A DNA stretch of 64,000 nt from Ignavibacteria bacterium (GTDB taxonomy: Bacteria > Elusimicrobiota > Endomicrobiia > PHAN01), in the NCBI GenBank assembly GCA_041694835.1, contig JBGFRZ010000082.1:1-64000 (forward strand), written 5' to 3'. Under the pieces are notes generated by a model. It saw only the letters and a list, made by a program, of their open reading frames with translations, did not search any database and was not told the DNA's origin. Positions 49,043 to 57,981 of this stretch are shown in pieces (position 1 is the stretch's first letter; each line of letters starts with the position of its first letter). Position numbers and translations under genes: made by a program.

Positions 49043-49552
49043 TCAAACGGTTTCAAGTTGAAGGAGCAATTTTTCTCTAACACCCATAATAAAATCCATA
49101 AATGTTCCGGATTTGTAATCGGGGTATGTCCAGGGAAGAAATTGAAATTTGTTTTTAGCGAACTGTAGAGTTATCTCGGCATATATCCCCTCATTAAGAT
49201 AAATCCTATGCGAAAAATCCTTAGTGGATGGCAGAACGAGCTTTGAAGGCGCGAGATATCCGGGATCTATGTTGACGGTTCTTCCGGTGCCGCGAGAAAA
49301 TTTTTTTTCGAGTTTATTGGTTTTCAGTTTTATTTCCGTTATCATCTCGGGTGATATCAATCTTTCGAAATCTAACCAATACCTTTTCAGGTTTTCGCCC
49401 ATCTCTTCGGAGTAATAATCGGTAAAATCGAAAGGAATAATTTTGCTTTTTAAATCAATCGAGCCGAATCTCTTTTCGAGCTCAAATAAAACTGGTGTGT
49501 CGTCATCACGGGCGCTGATAATTCCAACAATCAACTTCATACCTTTTTTCAT
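49043..49552 (-). CDS. DUF4416 family protein
   Basis: TDYYSEEMG, RTVNIDPGY, TKDFSHRIYL, PWTYPDY; start ATG 49552 (track extension is MITE-derived). Confidence 0.85.
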   Translation of the reverse strand: MKKGMKLIVGIISARDDDTPVLFELEKRFGSIDLKSKIIPFDFTDYYSEEMGENLKRYWLDFERLISPEMITEIKLKTNKLEKKFSRGTGRTVNIDPGYLAPSKLVLPSTKDFSHRIYLNEGIYAEITLQFAKNKFQFLPWTYPDYKSGTFMDFIMGVREKLLLQLETV

Positions 49553-49554
49553 TT

Positions 49555-49722
49555 GGGTCTTCTCCATTTTTTGTTGTGCGTATAAAAACAAAGTGTTTGA
49601 GCGGGTTTAATCAAGTGTGAACACTTGATTGCCTCGCAGTCCCGATTTATCGGGACGAGAATGAGCGAAAATACTTTGTTTTTACCCTTACCCAATGTTA
49701 CAACAACATTTGGAGAAGAGCC
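49555..49722. mobile_element. MITE family B, copy 3
   Basis: TIR GGGTCTTCTCCA / TGGAGAAGAGCC; exact 8-bp duplication TTTCATTT (49547-54, 49723-30). Confidence 0.9.
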
Positions 49723-49908
49723 TTTCATTTCTTAGGGGTTTGCTCGTCAGTTGTCCCCCATCAACTGTCAAGATGGTATCGGGAATTTCGAAACTCTTCG
49801 GTATTCATTTTCAATTGATTCAGCGGTTGGTGGGGGACTCCTCGGAGCGCCCTGAAATCGCCTCAAACTTAGTTCTCCAAAATGTCAACATTATTCTTTG
49901 GCAATCCC

Positions 49909-51951
49909 TTATCTCTTCAACAGCGCTATCAGCCGCGACTTCGGAACGGCAAATATCTTTCCAAGTTTTTCCGAGCTTAACCATATCGTATTCCCGCTTC
50001 CTGAAAATCCGCTTATCTTGAAGTTTTTCCGGAAAGCATCGGGCAATGTATAGACGACAGAAACGCTTAATCGCTCGTCGAGTTTATGGAGATATATCTG
50101 ATTTGTAGAAGAATCGCAGCTCCACAGATTTTTCCCGTCGTGCCACACCCCCACCGGCGTCGGTCCAGGGGATTTATACGACTTCAATATCTCAAAATCT
50201 CCGGTTTCCTCGTCAAGCCGTCCGTGATAAATGAGACCCTTCGTCATATCGGTCGCAAAAACATCCCCTTTCACCATAGCGATCCCATTTAAACTCAACT
50301 CGCCGGTAGCATAGGTCTTTATGATGCTAAACGATTCGTTTATAATATGCCTGTTTATCTTTTTGCTCCACGGATTGACTGAATACAGCGCTCCGTCATC
50401 ATACGCTATGGCCGAGAAGTTGTTTTCCGGGAAATGATATATCCTCTTCAAAGAAAGTTTATCGTCGAGCATATGATGGTATACACTCCCGCTCTGCCAG
50501 TCGCAGCTCCATATGTACGAAGTGTCGAGAGCGATGGATGTTGGGAAGGAATAAGGCACATGATACTCTCTCACTCTTTCAAGGGGAATAAAAAAAGTTC
50601 TAAAATAAGCGGCCGCCATCAAAAATACAGCCAACAAGGGCAACAATATGTATCTTGTTTTTTTCTTTCCCGGGATTAGCGACAGCCAATGTTCCTCGGA
50701 AGCTATCGAACTTTCCAGTATAGCATCAATCTGTTCAGAGGCGCTCGCAGAATCAGATAAATCCGTAAAAATATGGACGGGCGGCAAATTTTTTACAGCT
50801 CTATTCAAAATGCCCACAAATATCGTCGGAACAAACGGGAGATTTTTCAACACTTTTTTGGCAACCAAGATATCGGAAGTGATTATCGCAAGCGGTTTTA
50901 TATTTTTTAAATCGCGTACCTTAAATCTGTTCAGATGAAATACCTCGGGAACTCCGATTTTTTTGGAAATATTTTCAAACCCTTTCGCTTCCCCTATAAA
51001 AACGATTTTTCTTTTTGTTTTTTTCTTTGGCTCAAACGTGAGAGTTTCAAGCGACTTTGCGTTTTCGGATATTTTTTTCGAGTAATACGAAACCTCGTCG
51101 CATGGGAGCTGTCTTTGCGTTCTTCTGTAGGCAATTAGATTTTCAACGATGGAAAGTTGATTGCTTAAATAATCATTGAAGTCATTGATCGCGCCCAAAA
51201 AATCGTTTTTGAGACTTCCTATTTCTTCGCTTGACTTCATCCTTGCGCTTTCGACATTGAATTTGAGCGATTTATTCTCCTCATTCAGCCTTTCTTTATG
51301 AGCGGCGAGAGATTCTATGGTTTCATCACGCTTCTGAATCTCACCCTTAAAACGAGAAATCTCGTTGGCAAAAGATTCTTCGACTTCGCTAAAACGTCTG
51401 TTCATCTCGGAAAGGGAGTTTTGGAGTATATTTATATTTTCGCTCAAGATACGTTTTTCTTCGGCGAAAGTTTTCTGAAACATCTCCTTCTCGCTTATGT
51501 TTTCATCTTTAAGGCGAGCCACGGTTTCGTTCAGTGTGTTTATTTTTTCGAGAAGCTGCCTTGTTTCCGATTCGGCATCCTTTATTTTTTCTTCCCAGAG
51601 TATCCTGTTTTTTTCAAGAAGCAAATCGGCCTCTTTGAGCCTGAATTTCTCCTGCCAGTCCTTGAGCTCCCTTTCAAAACTTTTCTCGAGATCCTTCAAT
51701 TTCTCTTCGTAATTTTTTAAGTTAATATCCTGCTGGCTGAGTTTGGATTCTAAAATCTTTTTTTCCTCTTCCTTCGACTGAATCCTCTTTTCCCAAAGCA
51801 TCTTTTCCTCTTCAAGACGCTTTTGCCAATAACCCGAAGAGACCGGTGACGTGAAGCGGCTTGTAAGCTCGTCTTGAATTTCGAGTTCGGATTTTAACTT
51901 TGCAAGTTCCTTCTCAAGTTCAGAATAATTTTCGTTGCGATTGTCGTCCAT
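49909..51951 (-). CDS. Coiled-coil / TM / beta-propeller membrane protein
   Basis: About 250 aa E/K-rich N-terminus, alpha/beta middle domain, TM YILLPLLAVFLMAAAYF, repeats PTSIALD..IWSCD / PVGVWHDGKNLWSCD; start ATG 51951 after GAGGAG. Confidence 0.8.
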   Translation of the reverse strand: MDDNRNENYSELEKELAKLKSELEIQDELTSRFTSPVSSGYWQKRLEEEKMLWEKRIQSKEEEKKILESKLSQQDINLKNYEEKLKDLEKSFERELKDWQEKFRLKEADLLLEKNRILWEEKIKDAESETRQLLEKINTLNETVARLKDENISEKEMFQKTFAEEKRILSENINILQNSLSEMNRRFSEVEESFANEISRFKGEIQKRDETIESLAAHKERLNEENKSLKFNVESARMKSSEEIGSLKNDFLGAINDFNDYLSNQLSIVENLIAYRRTQRQLPCDEVSYYSKKISENAKSLETLTFEPKKKTKRKIVFIGEAKGFENISKKIGVPEVFHLNRFKVRDLKNIKPLAIITSDILVAKKVLKNLPFVPTIFVGILNRAVKNLPPVHIFTDLSDSASASEQIDAILESSIASEEHWLSLIPGKKKTRYILLPLLAVFLMAAAYFRTFFIPLERVREYHVPYSFPTSIALDTSYIWSCDWQSGSVYHHMLDDKLSLKRIYHFPENNFSAIAYDDGALYSVNPWSKKINRHIINESFSIIKTYATGELSLNGIAMVKGDVFATDMTKGLIYHGRLDEETGDFEILKSYKSPGPTPVGVWHDGKNLWSCDSSTNQIYLHKLDERLSVSVVYTLPDAFRKNFKISGFSGSGNTIWLSSEKLGKIFAVPKSRLIALLKR

Positions 51952-52040
51952 ATTTTTTTCTCCTCGCCCCCTGATAAATACTGGGTCCATACCACCAAGT
52001 CGGAAATTAAATTTTCATTCTGCATCACAGGTGTTGGAAT

Positions 52041-52060
52041 ATTCGAACATTTGTTCGAAT
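52041..52060. promoter_or_regulatory. LexA-box-like palindrome, copy 3
   Basis: ATTCGAACATTTGTTCGAAT, identical to copy 1. Confidence 0.55.
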
Positions 52061-52074
52061 TTATCGTCTCACAA

Positions 52075-52232
52075 ATTACTATGTACAAATTACCAACTAC
52101 CTGTTTTTTGCAGACCAGGGTCTCCCGCTACATCGCACTGCTTTGCTATGCCTCTACACTGCCAATAAATCGGCAACTACAATCTGTCATCCGTCATTCA
52201 TCATTTACTATTTGCTATCTACTATCTACTGA
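52075..52232. repeat. Concatenated REP half-sites and heptamer repeats
   Basis: Three units ending CTACA (CCCGCTACA, GCCTCTACA, GGCAACTACA), then TCATCCG/TCATTCA and CTATTTG/CTATCTA runs. Confidence 0.6.
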
Positions 52233-52234
52233 TT

Positions 52235-53776
52235 TTACGGTATTATCAAAATCTCGCCGGGACGGACAATGCCTTTTTCAATTTTTTCCTTGTTCGCTTC
52301 GTAAATTTTGTTCCATTTATCTTTTGTGCCGTAATACCTCTGCGAAATCGACTGCAACGTTTCTCCGGGAAGCACCTTATGCGTTCTTGCGGCAGGTGGC
52401 GGCGGTGTTCTTTCAGGACGTCTGCGCATCTCCTCGGAAATAACAGACGGACTGGAGACCTCTACATTTAAAATATCGGTAATGTTTTTTTCGGGAGTTT
52501 TTGTAAATTCCGCCGGTGAGGGCGGGGTTGATATTAAAACCGGAATAATCTCTTTTTTCTGGACAGGCGCATAAGTGGATATTTCAGCGGTAAACTCCGT
52601 TAGAAGTAAGTCACCAGAGGCGGCCGGCCCCGATGAATATAGGGGAACTTCTAACGGGATAAATTGTTTTTCTTGCACGAGAGCGGGTTCAGGCGGTGGT
52701 ATCGGCAACTTTCTGTGTTCTTCGAATTTGACGGGATGGAATGTTTCCCGCGTTTTAACGACATCTTTTTTTCTTTCACCGAAATAAACCGAAATACCGA
52801 ACATATGACTCCCCGACATTTCAGACATACCCCCTAAAGGATACAACATCGCATAGTCGAAAGAAATATTTTTAATGTTCATTCCGAGACCCGCTGTAAT
52901 CCTCCTGTAATTATTGCTGCCAAAATTGAACCCTGTCCTCAAAACAAGTACTTCGTTTAACAATTTCTTTTCGACTCCCAAATTGACCGTCTGCCGTTCG
53001 GACGATATTACATAATCGGCGGCAAGCAGAAAATCTTTTTCCTCGTATGACGCTCCGAATACATTTCCGGCCGGTCTCTTGTATTTTTTATTATCTTCGC
53101 TTTCAATCTCCGTGTGATAACCAAATTTTATATTGCCGAACCGCAAAATAACTCCCAATGGAAAAGACATGAAATCTCTGTTATACGGTTCTCTAAATAC
53201 GGGGTCGACTTTTTGATAATTATCTCGTATGGGAATTCTTATCAAATAATTTTTGACGCCAGCGCCGACGAAAACAAAATTATGCGGGTTCCACGAAAAG
53301 TTGAGCGCATAAATTTCTTCAGAATAATAATCACCGAGGGAAAGACCGCTGTAGCCTGCGCCAAAACCGAAATTTCTAAAAGGTATTCCGAAAGAAAAAG
53401 AAGCGTTTGATATATTGCTCCTGTCATCTAGACCAATATGCAGTTTGCTGTAGCCAAACGAGAGAGTCGTATTTCTAAGAGACGAAACGCTCGATGGATT
53501 AAAAAACACAACTCCCGCATCCTCCGTCATAGAAGCCGCTGCCATACCGAGAGAACTTATGCGAGCGAAAGCAGGTTTTTCCTCGAAAGCCGCATAAAGG
53601 CAGACAATAGGCAATAGGCAGTGGGCAATAGTAAAATATAGGCAATAGGCAATAGGCAGTAGGCGGTAGTAGTTGGCGGTTGGCGATTTGTGATATGAAT
53701 AACGAGCCACAAGCCACGAGCCACGAGCCACCAATAAACTTTTAAACTCTTGAACTATCCTCTGTCTTTTATTCAT
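52235..53776 (-). CDS. PorV/PorP-like outer membrane beta-barrel with Pro-rich linker and C-terminal LysM domain
   Basis: ARISSLGMA...DAGVVFFNP start typical of FadL/PorV-like barrels; alternating strands ending HMFGISVYF; LysM HKVLPGETLQSISQRYYG...IYEAN. Confidence 0.8.
   Translation of the reverse strand: MNKRQRIVQEFKSLLVARGSWLVARYSYHKSPTANYYRLLPIAYCLYFTIAHCLLPIVCLYAAFEEKPAFARISSLGMAAASMTEDAGVVFFNPSSVSSLRNTTLSFGYSKLHIGLDDRSNISNASFSFGIPFRNFGFGAGYSGLSLGDYYSEEIYALNFSWNPHNFVFVGAGVKNYLIRIPIRDNYQKVDPVFREPYNRDFMSFPLGVILRFGNIKFGYHTEIESEDNKKYKRPAGNVFGASYEEKDFLLAADYVISSERQTVNLGVEKKLLNEVLVLRTGFNFGSNNYRRITAGLGMNIKNISFDYAMLYPLGGMSEMSGSHMFGISVYFGERKKDVVKTRETFHPVKFEEHRKLPIPPPEPALVQEKQFIPLEVPLYSSGPAASGDLLLTEFTAEISTYAPVQKKEIIPVLISTPPSPAEFTKTPEKNITDILNVEVSSPSVISEEMRRRPERTPPPPAARTHKVLPGETLQSISQRYYGTKDKWNKIYEANKEKIEKGIVRPGEILIIP
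53599..53756 (-). repeat. 7/8-mer tandem repeats encoding the N-terminus of the barrel-LysM protein
   Basis: Plus strand GGCAATA-type, TTGGCGG and GAGCCAC-type runs. Confidence 0.85.
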
Positions 53777-53794
53777 TTCTATCGCCTGTCTTTT

Positions 53795-56700
53795 TTATCT
53801 CGCCACCACGACTGTGCCGTTTTTTATTTTATCTCCGACTTTCAACTGATAGATGTAAACTCCCGTCGGAAGCGCTCCGCCCGATTGTTCTTTGCCATTC
53901 CAAACCACCCATAAATCGCTCTTTTTCTCCATCTCTGCCACTTTATAGCCGCTCAAATCAAAAATCTCACCCGTGACACTTTCGGAGAAAGGATTTTCGA
54001 AAGTTACATTAAACTCATCGTTTATCCCATCGCCGTTGGGTGTGAAAACTTTCGGCCATGCGTTTAAAATTTTAAACTCCACCGCTCTTTGAAGAGAGCG
54101 AACCCTGAACTCCCCCGAGTATCTCGCATCTGCAATTAAATATGCCCCCAAATATCTCCCGCCAAGATTGACCCACTCCACTCCGTTAAACCAGAAGACA
54201 GCATAACTGGCGACTTCTGAAGGTGTCTTTGAAACTGCGGGCGACGAAGCAGTGAGGTTTTCAAGTTGAAATTTAAGAGTCAGAGGTTTTTTGAATCCAG
54301 TTTTTATCAATGCCCCTTCCCTATCCATTATTTCAACCATATACGAGAGTTTCGTCTTCTGGTCGTCGGGTGGGTTTTCTTTCTTTGTAATTTTAACGGA
54401 ATAATCCGGTCTTAAAATTTCGGGTTCAGCAACAATTTGGAATTTGCCGTTTTCCGAATGATGAATGTTTTGATTTGGTTCGCCTGCCACCAATACTGCC
54501 GATGGCTCGCCAAGGACTCCAAGTGTATTTATTGCTCTAACCATATAATAGATATTAACGTCAGAGACCAAAGCGAGTGTCAATGTGCTAGAAGATGCGG
54601 GGACAAATGCCACATGGTTAGAAGTAAACAAGTCGTCAAATCTATGGGCCACGTAAACCCTGAAGCCTGCGAGGTTTCCTGGAGAGGAACCATCTGTATT
54701 TTTAATGGGCGCAGTCCACGAAAGGACTATATCTTTTGTATTTGGGATATCAAACTTAAAGTTCGTTGGAGGCAGGGGTCTTGCTGAAGGGTTTGTATAA
54801 AAACTCCAGTCAGTTGTTGGCGTAGAGCGACTCGTTTTATCTACTGCATAAACCCGCCAGTAATAGGTGCTGTCGACCAAGAGGGTCTTATCGAGGGGGA
54901 CTTGATACGACAAAGAAGCAATATTTGAAACAACTTTTCTTGAAGAAAAATCGGGCGATGTCGAATGCCATAACTCATAAACCACAAAGTCTTCAGGGTC
55001 TGGGTCAAAAGAAGATGACCACGAGAAATTAGGCATAAGCGTTTCTATAATGGCCCCGTTGGCTGGGGAAAGCAGAGAAAACGCCGAAGGATTTTCTTCA
55101 ATTGAATTTACCTTGAAACTTAAAACACTTGACCATCTCTGATTGCCCCATATATCGCAAGCAACTGCCCTCCACCAATAAGTTCCGTTCTCTTTAAGTT
55201 CCAGGGTTATATATGAAGTGGTTGTAATTCCGACTGAAGACACAAAGACATTGAAATTTTCATAAGACGAATAATGGACATCATACCAGAATGTATCCGA
55301 TTCGGGGTCTGAACTTGGTGACCATATTAAAGTTGGCGTTCTAGTCGAAATTATCCCTGATGGACTAACAGGAACAAAAGGGTTTGGTGGCAGATTGACT
55401 GCAATAAAACTTCGCGATAGTGTATCTGTTGAACCCGTAAGTGTTGAATGCGCCGTAACATACCAGTAATATGTCGTGTTGTTGGACAGGTCACTTTGAA
55501 ATGTATATGAGGTAATATATATCGGAGAAATCTGAGTTTTAATGGCAAAAAGCGAATTCGTGGAATAAGTCAGAGTGTAATAATACACATAATCATAAGG
55601 GTCAGGGTCTGTTGTTTCCTGCCACAAAAGAGTGGGCTTGAGATAACTATAAAAAGAGCCATCCAGTGGCGAAAGCAGAGAAAAAGCTTTTGGATTTTCT
55701 GAAGTTGCATCAACTATAAAAAACCAGGTTGAGGAATGCGTCATGGCATTAAAGGAATCAATAGCAATAACATACCACCAATATGTAGTGTTTTCATTTA
55801 GCGATGTAGTGACCGAAAAAGGTGGGGAACTAATTCCGACTGAAGAGACAAAAATAGAGAAATTTGAGACGGAAGAATAAAAGATGGAGTAGGTGACGGT
55901 GTCCCCATCCGGATCGATTGCACTTTGCCAACTTAAAGACAGCGTCTGGGTTCTAATTATTCCCGAAGATGCGAGCAAATTGAAACTGCCCGGCGGAAAA
56001 TTTACCGCTTTTACCGTAAAACTTGAAATTTCCGATTGCGTCGTCAGGTTATCCGGAGACGACCTTGCGACAACTCTCCACCAATACACCGCATCTTCCT
56101 GTAAATCTATCAATTGATAGTAGGTGGTGAGTATATCGAAAATGACTGGCGGGGCTGGAGTGGCTGTGGTTGAAGAGTAAGAAATTCCGTAATATACAGT
56201 ATTGCCGGGGTCTAAATCAATAGCGATGCTCCATCGAAGTGTCGGTGATGATGTAAAAATCATTGTGCCGCCCGTGGGCCAGAGAAGTGAAAATGGCTGA
56301 GGCGGTTCATTCACAGTATTTAATCTAAAACTGCCGGTTGACGACGAAACGGTTTCGCGGCCCGTCGTGTCTCTTGCATGAACCTTCCAGAAATACCTGG
56401 CGTTTTCAGTTAAATTCCACCACGGCGACCAGGATAACTGATTAATGCCCGACACTCTGGTAGAAACATTTGATTCAAAACTGATAGATGTAGAAATATA
56501 AACATTATAAACAACAAAATCTGCAGGGTCAGGGTCGGAAGAAGCGTTCCACCAAAGCGTCGGCTGAAGGGTACCGGTTTCTATGGTGTCATTTATCGGC
56601 TGAATAAGCGAAAAAGCCGTCGGCGATTCGCTCGTCGCATTTACAACAAACTGAGGGGTGCCGGTTACTCCCAATGAAAGTAGTCCTTCTGAATCCCTCG

Positions 56701-57433
56701 CATAGACACGCCAGTAGTATGTCGTGTTTTCGTTTAGCGCGGGGGTTGTCCAATTTGTCTGGGTTATATTCTCCACAACGCTTTTTGGCGAAAAATTGCT
56801 TGCGGTTGAATACCAAAGGATGTAACTCGTTATACTGTCGCCGTAGATATTGTCTGTGCCGACAGGAAATCCACCGGCATTTGTCACATCGCCCCATGCC
56901 AGAAAGACCAATGAAGAAAAAACAACTGTTGTCGGGGTTCCTGTGTAGTTGTAGCCACTTACATTCCCAGGTGAGTTGTTCTGAGTCGCCGACTGGGGCT
57001 CAGGACTTGAAGTGTCAAGCAGCGACCAGTTGATGTTGTCCGTCGAAGATTTTATCGCAAAAAAATATGTTATATTATTTACAAGAGATGAAACGACTCT
57101 CATCTCCGAGTTGCTGGAAGAAGTTGAAGTCGAAAATTTTATCCTGTAGGGGTAAGAAATCGATGTGGAGTTGTTTGTCCAGTCGGCTTCTGCGACTATT
57201 ACCCGGTAACTCGAAACTCTTACCTCGTACCATTGAGGCGCTCCTTCCGGCCCACCTGGAGCTGTCCATTGAAGGGTTATGTGTCTGAAGCCGCTTGATC
57301 TTATTGAGAGATCGGTGACCTGATTTGGAACAGCGTTCAGGGTCGTTAATCCAAATAAAAAAAGTATCGTCGGCCAAAAAAAACGAACGGGGCGAAACTT
57401 ATCGATATCCGACAGTTTTGTCCGATGTTTCAT
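53795..57433 (-). CDS. Secreted Ig/FN3-repeat protein with CHU_C (gliding motility / T9SS type B-like) C-terminal domain
   Basis: Signal-like N-terminus; 7 related ~97-aa repeats (mostly F.L..P...W...DPD...LxExxxYxW) between two FN3-like domains; FTPNGDGINDEF...GVYIY...GTVVVAR. Confidence 0.85.
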   Translation of the reverse strand: MKHRTKLSDIDKFRPVRFFWPTILFLFGLTTLNAVPNQVTDLSIRSSGFRHITLQWTAPGGPEGAPQWYEVRVSSYRVIVAEADWTNNSTSISYPYRIKFSTSTSSSNSEMRVVSSLVNNITYFFAIKSSTDNINWSLLDTSSPEPQSATQNNSPGNVSGYNYTGTPTTVVFSSLVFLAWGDVTNAGGFPVGTDNIYGDSITSYILWYSTASNFSPKSVVENITQTNWTTPALNENTTYYWRVYARDSEGLLSLGVTGTPQFVVNATSESPTAFSLIQPINDTIETGTLQPTLWWNASSDPDPADFVVYNVYISTSISFESNVSTRVSGINQLSWSPWWNLTENARYFWKVHARDTTGRETVSSSTGSFRLNTVNEPPQPFSLLWPTGGTMIFTSSPTLRWSIAIDLDPGNTVYYGISYSSTTATPAPPVIFDILTTYYQLIDLQEDAVYWWRVVARSSPDNLTTQSEISSFTVKAVNFPPGSFNLLASSGIIRTQTLSLSWQSAIDPDGDTVTYSIFYSSVSNFSIFVSSVGISSPPFSVTTSLNENTTYWWYVIAIDSFNAMTHSSTWFFIVDATSENPKAFSLLSPLDGSFYSYLKPTLLWQETTDPDPYDYVYYYTLTYSTNSLFAIKTQISPIYITSYTFQSDLSNNTTYYWYVTAHSTLTGSTDTLSRSFIAVNLPPNPFVPVSPSGIISTRTPTLIWSPSSDPESDTFWYDVHYSSYENFNVFVSSVGITTTSYITLELKENGTYWWRAVACDIWGNQRWSSVLSFKVNSIEENPSAFSLLSPANGAIIETLMPNFSWSSSFDPDPEDFVVYELWHSTSPDFSSRKVVSNIASLSYQVPLDKTLLVDSTYYWRVYAVDKTSRSTPTTDWSFYTNPSARPLPPTNFKFDIPNTKDIVLSWTAPIKNTDGSSPGNLAGFRVYVAHRFDDLFTSNHVAFVPASSSTLTLALVSDVNIYYMVRAINTLGVLGEPSAVLVAGEPNQNIHHSENGKFQIVAEPEILRPDYSVKITKKENPPDDQKTKLSYMVEIMDREGALIKTGFKKPLTLKFQLENLTASSPAVSKTPSEVASYAVFWFNGVEWVNLGGRYLGAYLIADARYSGEFRVRSLQRAVEFKILNAWPKVFTPNGDGINDEFNVTFENPFSESVTGEIFDLSGYKVAEMEKKSDLWVVWNGKEQSGGALPTGVYIYQLKVGDKIKNGTVVVAR

Positions 57434-57981
57434 ATCTTTATATGTGTGTAATTAAGCCATCTTATGATTTTTGAGAATACGCTCTTTTTCTCATTCCTCA
57501 CAATCTTGAGTGATGTGAGTTTAAGGTTTAATCTTCTTATCTCGTCCTCATACTGCTTGAGAGTATTTTTATGGCCGCTTATTGCGACCGATTGAGTATC
57601 GATAATATCTTCTTTTTTGTGCAGCACAAGCAAGAAATCTTTTCGCCAGTTTGCGAATTCTTTCGCCTGAACGGAAATCTTCGCCAACTCGTTTTTCAGA
57701 GTTTCTATCTCGTCGCGAAGTTTTTCGTTTTCTTCCCTTATGCTGTTTTTCTCATCCTCAAGAAGTTGCATTTTTTGATTGCCATCCTCCGCCATCCGAG
57801 ATAAAATCTCATTCTTTTTGTTTAAATCAGATCTCAGTCTTGTGATTTCGCTCATATACAGATTGTTTTTCTCTCTGAACAAAGATGATTCTGGCATTTC
57901 ACCACGACAACCGAATTCATCCTCGAGGCGCTCTATCTTTTTAAGAAGCTCTGAAACTTTAGTTGCTCTTTGGCTTGCCAT
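57430..57981 (-). CDS. Small coiled-coil protein with amphipathic C-terminus
   Basis: AAGGAG RBS; E/K/L-rich heptads; overlaps both neighbours. Confidence 0.8.
   Translation of the reverse strand: MASQRATKVSELLKKIERLEDEFGCRGEMPESSLFREKNNLYMSEITRLRSDLNKKNEILSRMAEDGNQKMQLLEDEKNSIREENEKLRDEIETLKNELAKISVQAKEFANWRKDFLLVLHKKEDIIDTQSVAISGHKNTLKQYEDEIRRLNLKLTSLKIVRNEKKSVFSKIIRWLNYTHIKI

Noticed and set aside
53795-57433. Regularly spaced repeats as a possible CRISPR or DNA-level array
   Set aside because: They are about 290-bp diverged protein-domain repeats within one ORF. No repeat-spacer array or cas gene is in the window.
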